A stretch of 44,869 nucleotides of DNA from Stramenopiles sp. TOSAG23-3 (Eukaryota). Both the position numbers and the translations under genes were made by a program. Positions 38,051-44,869 of the stretch are shown piece after piece. The stretch's first letter is position 1; every line of letters begins with the position of its first letter. Below the pieces are notes generated by a model. The model did not search any database and had not been told where the DNA came from. It was given only the letters and a program-made list of their open reading frames with translations. Location of the stretch: positions 1 through 44,869 of the forward strand of contig LT642172.1 in assembly GCA_900128585.1 (NCBI GenBank). Reading direction: 5' to 3'.

Positions 38051-39007
38051 CTATGCCCTTCGCCTCGTCGACGAATTACCCGCCACCGCCGTCGCGTTCT
38101 GGTCCGAAGGCGCTGCCGCGGCGGCTTGAATCGGCAGCGGTATAGGTGGAACCGGGAGCAACAGTGCAGCAGGTGTGCTAGTGCTCTTGTTCGACTGTGG
38201 GGCTTTCGGCTGTTCTTTCGGGGCGGCAGTCGTCTTTCTTAACATGCTTTTCTCCCTGTCGTTCGCGGCCTTCACTTTTTGCTCCTGCTTGTGGTGCCTG
38301 CGTTTCCGCACGCCCTTGCTTTTGGAAGCGACGTTACTAATCCCACTCAAATCCAACGTGAGCATGCCGTCCTTTTCGTCGTGCTCTATTACCTTTACCG
38401 TCACGTTGTTGTCCCCATCGTGGCCACGGATGCGCACAAACTTATTCAGCATGGACTGGAGGCTTTCCCGCCTCCGCCCCTCGGCATAATTGCTAGTTTG
38501 GCGGGCGCCCAAATACCACGAGATCACCATCAGCACCCCAATGATAACGACGTACAACTTTTGCTTGTTCCGCTTGGTGAGCACCACGGGGGCCTTGATA
38601 ACGTCTTTGCTCGTGTATATTTTGATGGGGGGCTTCGGGGCCGTTTCCTCCGGCTCTTCGGGATCCTCTTCCCCATCTTCTGGCCCGTCCCACTTTGCAA
38701 AGCGCAGGGTCATGGGGCGTGGGGCTTTCTTTATTTTAGCCAACAACGCTTTGTACGTCAAAAATTCTATGCTGTCTTCCGACACGGATAACAGGGCGTC
38801 CCCAATCTCGCAGTCCCCGTGGGCTTCGACTGGCCCCATTTCCCCCGACGCGCTGTCGTGAAATGCTTTTATAATCACCACCCCCGAGCGCAGCTGCCTA
38901 ACTTTAAGTCCTAAATGTTTTCCCTTACAAACGACAAGCATCTGCTTGTGCACCGGGTCTGGCAAAGCCACCCTGCGGTGCTTGCTCGCTTTCCGTTGTT
39001 GGGCCAT
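38051..39007 (-). CDS. PDZ-domain single-pass membrane protein
   Basis: KHLGLKV...GPVEAHGDCEIGDALLSVSEDSI...IKKAPRPMTLRF (PDZ), followed by TM LYVVIIGVLMVISWYL. First ATG at 39007. Confidence 0.82.
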   Translation of the reverse strand: MAQQRKASKHRRVALPDPVHKQMLVVCKGKHLGLKVRQLRSGVVIIKAFHDSASGEMGPVEAHGDCEIGDALLSVSEDSIEFLTYKALLAKIKKAPRPMTLRFAKWDGPEDGEEDPEEPEETAPKPPIKIYTSKDVIKAPVVLTKRNKQKLYVVIIGVLMVISWYLGARQTSNYAEGRRRESLQSMLNKFVRIRGHDGDNNVTVKVIEHDEKDGMLTLDLSGISNVASKSKGVRKRRHHKQEQKVKAANDREKSMLRKTTAAPKEQPKAPQSNKSTSTPAALLLPVPPIPLPIQAAAAAPSDQNATAVAGNSSTRRRA

Positions 39008-39550
39008 CCCTCCTTCCTTCGGTTCGTGACTCAAAACGAACAATCAACCAATCAATGCAAAACGAATGAATGAACTATTCTTTCCTTTCTCCAACAAACA
39101 AATACAAATGTACCCGCATGAGAGTTTTTTGCAACAAAATCTGAAAAGTGCAGGCGTTAAAAAAAAAAAGTTGTATTCAATATACAGTCTAGCTGCACAT
39201 AATAAATATAATAAAGAGCTCTCATTCAAAAATAATAATGTTCTTCTTCTTCTTTTTTTTTAAATATATTCTTCTTCTTTTTTTTTTTATTTTATAAAAA
39301 GAAAATTTTAATAAAAAAATCATCTTCTTTCTCCTTCTTTCTTCTTCTTCAACAATGTTGTACGAGTAGGAAGTAGAAAAAATAGTAATAAACATTAGTT
39401 TACTAATTGATAGTAGTAAACTATTGTTATCTGATAGGTATATTATTATTTATTGAGTATTCATGTGAGACGATGATGATGGTATAACATAAATTTAATA
39501 ATAACAAATCATACAGTCGTATATAAATATGTGTGTGTGTGCAAACACAT

Positions 39551-40750
39551 TTAATAAACGACTTTCACCATGTCTTCCTCCAAGTTTTCTTTGGCAACCA
39601 TGGCAACCCCGTCGACGACGTACGGGCGTATGTCGCATTCTACTTGAAAGTATGAGAATCGGTTCGATACCAACTCACGGAAGGCGTCCGCGGATGGCTC
39701 TTGGAACTCGTTCCCAAAGACTTGGAGGCGTTGCATGCTGGTGTTGACCATCATGGCGTCGGCGATGGCGAGGAGCCCCGTGTTGTTTATGCGGTTGTTC
39801 CTGACGTCTAGGTCTACCAGCGTTCGACAGGTGCGCAGGGCCACCCCTAACGCTTGGGCGCCCTGGTCCTGGATTTTGTTATTTGACAAGTTTAGTTTCG
39901 ACAGCGCGCAGCCACCTTTCATGAGAAGGATGGCGAGGGCCTCGGCCCCTGCGATGGAGATGTCGTTGGCCCGGAGGTCCAGGACCTTCAAGCTCGCGTT
40001 GTCCTCGAGGTACTGGGCGATGTTCGCGGCCCCCTGGTCCCGTATGCGGTGTTTTCCCGCGTACAGCTCTTCGAGGGTCCGGTTCGAGCGGAGCATCTTG
40101 GCGACGTGAAAGGTGGTGGATTCTTGCAGGTCAAAGGTCCGGGGGTTTTCCATGTTCAGGACTCGGACGGACGTGTTCTGCCACATTTGCTGGCAGATGG
40201 CGATGACGGCCTGGGTCCCCATCTCCGTGTTCCCGAGGTCGAGGCGTTCCACACGGCAGTTCCCACTGCTCAGGATCCGGCTGACGGCCACCCCTCCGTC
40301 CTCCCCGATAGGGTTCCCGTTCAAGCTGAAGCACTCCGGCTTGGCCCCGCCGTCAGCCCCGATGGCCTCGCAGATCGCCTTGGTCCCGGCCGGGCCGATC
40401 TGGTTCCCGTTCAGGTACAGCTCCCGTACCGGCGTCGCGCCCGTTTCCATCAGCTTGGCCAGCTCCGTCGCGGCCGCGTCCCCGAGGGAGTTGTTCGCAA
40501 GGTTCAGGGCCCCAATGCTCACGCCAGAGTCGATGATGGCGTCGCAGAGAATTGAGATCAGCCCATCCGTGAGCCTGGACCCGAACAGGTGCTTGTGCTT
40601 CCCGTCCAGGACGACGTCCACTTCGTCCCCCCCCTTCCCCGCGCTGTGCTGCTCGTCCAACCGGGCGAACAGCACCGAGGCCGGCTTCTGCGCGGCCTCT
40701 TTGTCCCCGAGCAAGGTCCTCAGCGAGTTTGACAGTTTCCGAGCGGCCAT
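39551..40750 (-). CDS. RNI-like leucine-rich-repeat protein, LRRC34-like
   Basis: Repeated LxxLxLxxNxI motifs with ~28-aa spacing; C-terminal DIRPYVVDG resembles the LRRC34 tail as I recall it. Confidence 0.85.
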   Translation of the reverse strand: MAARKLSNSLRTLLGDKEAAQKPASVLFARLDEQHSAGKGGDEVDVVLDGKHKHLFGSRLTDGLISILCDAIIDSGVSIGALNLANNSLGDAAATELAKLMETGATPVRELYLNGNQIGPAGTKAICEAIGADGGAKPECFSLNGNPIGEDGGVAVSRILSSGNCRVERLDLGNTEMGTQAVIAICQQMWQNTSVRVLNMENPRTFDLQESTTFHVAKMLRSNRTLEELYAGKHRIRDQGAANIAQYLEDNASLKVLDLRANDISIAGAEALAILLMKGGCALSKLNLSNNKIQDQGAQALGVALRTCRTLVDLDVRNNRINNTGLLAIADAMMVNTSMQRLQVFGNEFQEPSADAFRELVSNRFSYFQVECDIRPYVVDGVAMVAKENLEEDMVKVVY

Positions 40751-41716
40751 TGCTTTTCTATTTCAACAAAACTAAGGGTGATGGTTAGGAAATCGCAACG
40801 AGAAGAAATGCGTCGAACGGCGGACAATAAATAGAAAGGCAGCTAACTCCCTCTCTCTCTCGTCGGCGGCCAGGCAGGCAATTAACGAACTAACTCTCTT
40901 TCTCTCGCTTCGGACAACGAACGCACCCAGAAGATATGTTAAAAACTAGTATCGAAAGAAGAAGAAGAGGTTAAAAAAATTGGAAAGACAACGTTCAAAA
41001 ATGTATACGTCTATCTAACATATATAATACATACATACTTACTTTCTTCTTCATTTTCTTTAAATTTTGTAATAATATCGTAAATTCTCGCGCGCGTTAT
41101 TAATTCTTTCTTTCTTTCTTCTCTTTCTTCTTCTTTCTTCTTCTTCTTTCGATTCTTTCTCTTTTGTTGTTTGGTCTCTGTTATTATAGTAGTGTTGTGT
41201 TGTTTCTTTTTATTATTTTTTATTAATTATAATAATAATAATATTAAGAAAAGAAGAGAAGAAGAAGAGGAGGAGGGAGAGAGGAGGGATTATTTTAATT
41301 GTTGAGATAAATAAAACGGTTAGATATATGTAACAGTATTAATGACACTGTCAGAATACAATAAGACCGGTTGAAACGGCCATTTCTCTTTTTTTTTAAG
41401 CATAGCAGAGGGAGGGATATAAAATAATAAAATAATAATATATTATTGTGTAAATAAATATAATAATAATACAGCAGTAGTAATAAAATCCGAGCGACGA
41501 AAGTAGCATTATTGCAAATGCAATAGTTGGTTCAATTGATTTAAATGTATTGCTTTAAAAAATTTCATATGTAAAGAGATTGTGTTGAGAGAGGTAGAAA
41601 TAGATACTTTGTTTGATTGTTTCTTTCTTTGTCTGCTCGTTTGTACACCCACCACCACCTACCTGCCCTTGCGTCTTTCTTCTTCTTCTATTATACTTAT
41701 CTCCCAGCAACGAACG

Positions 41717-44419
41717 ATGGCTGGGTGGGACGACGGAAAATTTCCTGCTGGCCCGCTGGCCTTGTACGAGGACGAAGGGAAGTGTGCGGACTATGACATG
41801 GAGGACGACGAGACGCCGAAGACGATCTCGTGGGCCCGGCCGACGGACATGCTCTCGAATGGGGAAAAGTTCGCGGACCCCCAGCTGTTCATCGATGGGG
41901 ACGAGGCCGGGGACGTCGTGGAGGGCACCCTGGACGACGCCTGGTTCCTGGGGGCCCTGGCCGCCATCGCCGCGCACCCCCTCGCGCTCGTGCAGAACCT
42001 GTTCGTCGACGAGGACGAGGACGCGTGGGCCCGGGACGGCCGCATAAGCTGCCGGTTTTACAAGGACGGGGAGTGGATCGAGGTCCCCGTGGACACCAAG
42101 ATCCCCATGGCGGAGAAGGGGGAGGCGTGCCTGCCCGTCTACGGGCGGTGCCGGAACCCGGAGGAGCAGTGGGTCCAGCTCGTGGAGAAGGCGTACGCGA
42201 AGCTGCACGGGAGCTACAAGTCCATCTCCGGCGGGGACGTCGGGGACGCCCTCGTCGACCTCACGGGTGGAAGTGCCCAGACGATCACCCTCACGGACGA
42301 CCCCGTCGCCGACATGGTGGCGAAGGGGCAGCTCTGGGGTCGGGTCCAGCGCTACCTGGACTACATGTACGTCATCACCTGCGCGAAGACCGCCGCGGGA
42401 ATCAACGAAACCCCGGACGGGGAGGTCGACCTGACCACGGGCCTGATGCAGAGCCGCGCCTACAGCATCCTCTGCGCGAAAGAGATCGGGGCCCTGCGTT
42501 TCATCAAGATTCGGAACCCGTGGGGGGACAGCGCCGCCTGGCAGGGGGAGTGGAGCGACGAGAGCCCGAAGTGGGAGGAGCACCCGGAGGTGGAGCAGGC
42601 CATGAAGGAGGACGCCGCCATCGGCTTCGACCGGTCCATCAACGACGGGACTTTCTGGATGGTCTGGGAGGACTTCGTCCGCCAGTTCGACACGCTCTGC
42701 ATGTGCCGCCTCTTCGGGGAGGAGTTCAACCAGTACCTCATCCAAGGGGAGTGGGAGGGCCGCTCCGCCGCGGGGGCCCACAAGATCATTCGCGACCAGA
42801 TGGTGACCTCCTCCTCCAAGGGGGGGAAGAAGGGCAAGAAGCGGGGCGGGAAGGCGAGCGCCGCCTCGTCCGGGGAGGAGAAGGCCGGGGAGGGAAAGAC
42901 GGGGGGGGGCGGGCGAAAGGTGCACATCTCCAACCGCCGCGGGACGTTCGTAGATGCCGACGGGGACCCCCGGTGGTTCAACAACCCCCAGTACCGCCTC
43001 TTCGTGGAGAGGGAGACGGAGTGCTACGTCTCGCTGATGCAGAAGGACCGCCGGATGCTGCGGCACGGGGACGAGCACTACTCGATCGGCTTCGTCATCT
43101 TGCGCCAGAGCAAGTCAGACCCTGGCCGGGTCTGGGAGCAGGAGCCGAAGAAGACCATCACGGAGAGTGGAAAGTCCAGCTTTTCCGGGCTCATGCCGCG
43201 CCGGGAGGTCTGCAAGGCCAGCGTCCGGCTGTCCCCAAAGTACAACTACATCGTCGTCCCGTACACCCGGGAGTGGGGGGTCGAGATCCCGTACACGATG
43301 CGCGTCTTCACCCGCCAGGAGATCAAGGTCGAGGCCTTGCCGGAGCTGTACAGCCAGACCTACGAGGGGAGCTGGGTTGTCGGCGACGAGCTGGACACCG
43401 CGGGCGGGGCCATGGCCATCCCGGGATCCGGAAAGGAGAACCTAAAGTTCTGCCAGAACCCGCAGTACATTTTCAACCTTCCGAAGTCCAAAGATAGAGT
43501 GAGCGTCAAGGTCGTCCTGCGGCGGACGGACAAGAACGGGGTCGTCAAGGGGAAGCGGGAGGGGAAGAACAACTTCGCCGGCCTCGTCCTCGTCAAGCCC
43601 GACCCGCCGCCGGCGTCCGGGAAAAAGCGAAGGCAGGACATCACCAACTTCATGGGGGAGCCGCTGTCCCCGCACAAGCGGGCTGCGGCCGCCGCGAAGG
43701 CGGAGCGGATCGCGCGCGGGGAGCTTCCGCCCCCCGTCCAGGCCCAGGACGATAGCATATCGAGGAAGCTGGCGATCGCGAGGCAGGAGTGGTGCTGCCA
43801 GTCCGACTTCTCGGACAAGGAGAGCGCGAACGTCAACCTCGGAAAGATCATGCAGGTGTGGTGCGAGAACGGGATGATCGTCGTCCCAGTCCTGCAGCAG
43901 CCCGGGATGGAGGGGTCGTACATGTTGGAAGTCTTCAGCGAGGTCCCCGTGGCCATGAGGGAGCTCCCGCAGGACCACGAGAAGACGGTGGCCGCGGCGT
44001 GGACGGAGCAGCTGTCTGGGGGGATGCACATGTTCGAGAACTGGAAGCGAAACCCTAAGTTTAGCTTGGAGCTCTTCACCGACCGCCCGGCAAAGGTAGA
44101 CATAACGATCTCGCGCCCGTTGGACCGGTGGGAAAAGCGGGCCGTGAAGGATAGTGTAGGGTGCATGATGGGCTTTTACGTCATTGCGGGCACCCGCGTC
44201 ACGAAAGAGCCGACCGGGGTTTTCCACGACGGCAAACCCTTCGTGTCCACCCCATACATGCCTGTTCATAAACTGCAAACACCGGAAGATTTTTACCTTC
44301 AGCCGTTGGCGGAGAAGGAGGTGTACACGATTCTGCCAACCACGTACGAGCCGGAAAAGCTGGGGCCGTTCTTCGTCACCGTAAAAGCCGACTGCGACTT
44401 TCGCCTCAGTCTCAAGTGA
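41717..44419 (+). CDS. Calpain-like protein (CysPc + three domain-III/C2-like repeats), predicted catalytically inactive
   Basis: ISWARP, DVVEGTLDDAWFLGAL, LVEKAYAKLHGSY, ALVDLTGG, IRNPWG, WQGEWSD, DGTFWM; three GxW...AGG...NP(Q/K)(Y/F) domain-III starts. First ATG at 41717. Confidence 0.92.
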   Translation: MAGWDDGKFPAGPLALYEDEGKCADYDMEDDETPKTISWARPTDMLSNGEKFADPQLFIDGDEAGDVVEGTLDDAWFLGALAAIAAHPLALVQNLFVDEDEDAWARDGRISCRFYKDGEWIEVPVDTKIPMAEKGEACLPVYGRCRNPEEQWVQLVEKAYAKLHGSYKSISGGDVGDALVDLTGGSAQTITLTDDPVADMVAKGQLWGRVQRYLDYMYVITCAKTAAGINETPDGEVDLTTGLMQSRAYSILCAKEIGALRFIKIRNPWGDSAAWQGEWSDESPKWEEHPEVEQAMKEDAAIGFDRSINDGTFWMVWEDFVRQFDTLCMCRLFGEEFNQYLIQGEWEGRSAAGAHKIIRDQMVTSSSKGGKKGKKRGGKASAASSGEEKAGEGKTGGGGRKVHISNRRGTFVDADGDPRWFNNPQYRLFVERETECYVSLMQKDRRMLRHGDEHYSIGFVILRQSKSDPGRVWEQEPKKTITESGKSSFSGLMPRREVCKASVRLSPKYNYIVVPYTREWGVEIPYTMRVFTRQEIKVEALPELYSQTYEGSWVVGDELDTAGGAMAIPGSGKENLKFCQNPQYIFNLPKSKDRVSVKVVLRRTDKNGVVKGKREGKNNFAGLVLVKPDPPPASGKKRRQDITNFMGEPLSPHKRAAAAAKAERIARGELPPPVQAQDDSISRKLAIARQEWCCQSDFSDKESANVNLGKIMQVWCENGMIVVPVLQQPGMEGSYMLEVFSEVPVAMRELPQDHEKTVAAAWTEQLSGGMHMFENWKRNPKFSLELFTDRPAKVDITISRPLDRWEKRAVKDSVGCMMGFYVIAGTRVTKEPTGVFHDGKPFVSTPYMPVHKLQTPEDFYLQPLAEKEVYTILPTTYEPEKLGPFFVTVKADCDFRLSLK

Positions 44420-44497
44420 ACTACATAATTCTCCTGTCATATATATTCACTTTATGCGCTTCGTATGTTTCTAATTATTTTACAATGCCACCACTAA

Positions 44498-44869
44498 CAA
44501 CAACAATTCTTCCTTTGCATTTTGTTTGTTTTTTGTTTTTGTGTTTGCAATCGGTATTTTATATAGACACAGCATAGCTTAAAATAAAGTAACAAGTCTC
44601 TTCGTTATCGAATTGGAAGAAATATATTCCAACACAAAAGTTACAACAAGCAATATATTTTGGTAAAAGTAATATACATATACACAGCACTAAAAAAAAG
44701 AACCAACTTTGTTGCAATGTTCCAACAACAATTGTTCTTTTGCAACTTTTTTGTTTCTTTTTTTTGTTTTATCAATCGGTATTTTATATCAACACAGCAT
44801 CTCTTAAAATAAATTAACATTTCTTTTCGGTGTAAAAACGATGGAAATTTATTTCAACACAAACTTACA
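44498..44869. repeat. Diverged direct repeat (~145-nt unit, ~225-nt period)
   Basis: CAACAACAATT...TTTGCA...CAATCGGTATTTTATAT..ACACAGCAT..CTTAAAATAAA.TAACA...CAACACAAA..TTACA at ~44498-44645 and ~44723-44869. Confidence 0.85.

Noticed and set aside
41555-43497. Long overlapping ORFs 41555-43078 (-) and 41830-43497 (+)
   Set aside because: Shadow ORFs caused by the high GC3 of the calpain-like gene; Gly/Arg/Pro-rich or antisense composition with no motifs.

Overview
This is eukaryotic nuclear DNA, not prokaryotic. It holds about 22 compact genes that appear intronless (single ORFs up to ~5 kb), separated by very AT-rich spacers with microsatellites and two N-gaps. Eukaryote-specific markers include AP-2 sigma, proteasome alpha-3/PSMA4, an RBR E3 ligase, ankyrin-BTB, a calpain-like protein, an LRRC34-like protein and an IQ/EF-hand protein. 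Together these suggest a flagellated protist; a heterotrophic stramenopile is my guess and is not established. Most notable features: (1) a co-oriented run of a membrane-anchored PhyH-dioxygenase/PDI-like/JmjC fusion, GT25 and GT31 glycosyltransferases and a secreted coiled-coil protein, a possible secretory hydroxylate-then-glycosylate module; (2) a receptor-like multipass RBR ubiquitin ligase with a Cys-rich ectodomain; (3) a dispersed GGTACC-based palindromic element in many intergenic spacers, including a 24-nt exact match at two loci; (4) a ~215-nt GC-rich, extensively base-pairable segment after AP2S1; (5) a signal-peptide/HDEF MsrA, a SlyD-FKBP/MAPR fusion, a prokaryote-like NMP kinase and a catalytically dead calpain. 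All domain calls are from recognising motifs by eye; no searches were run.
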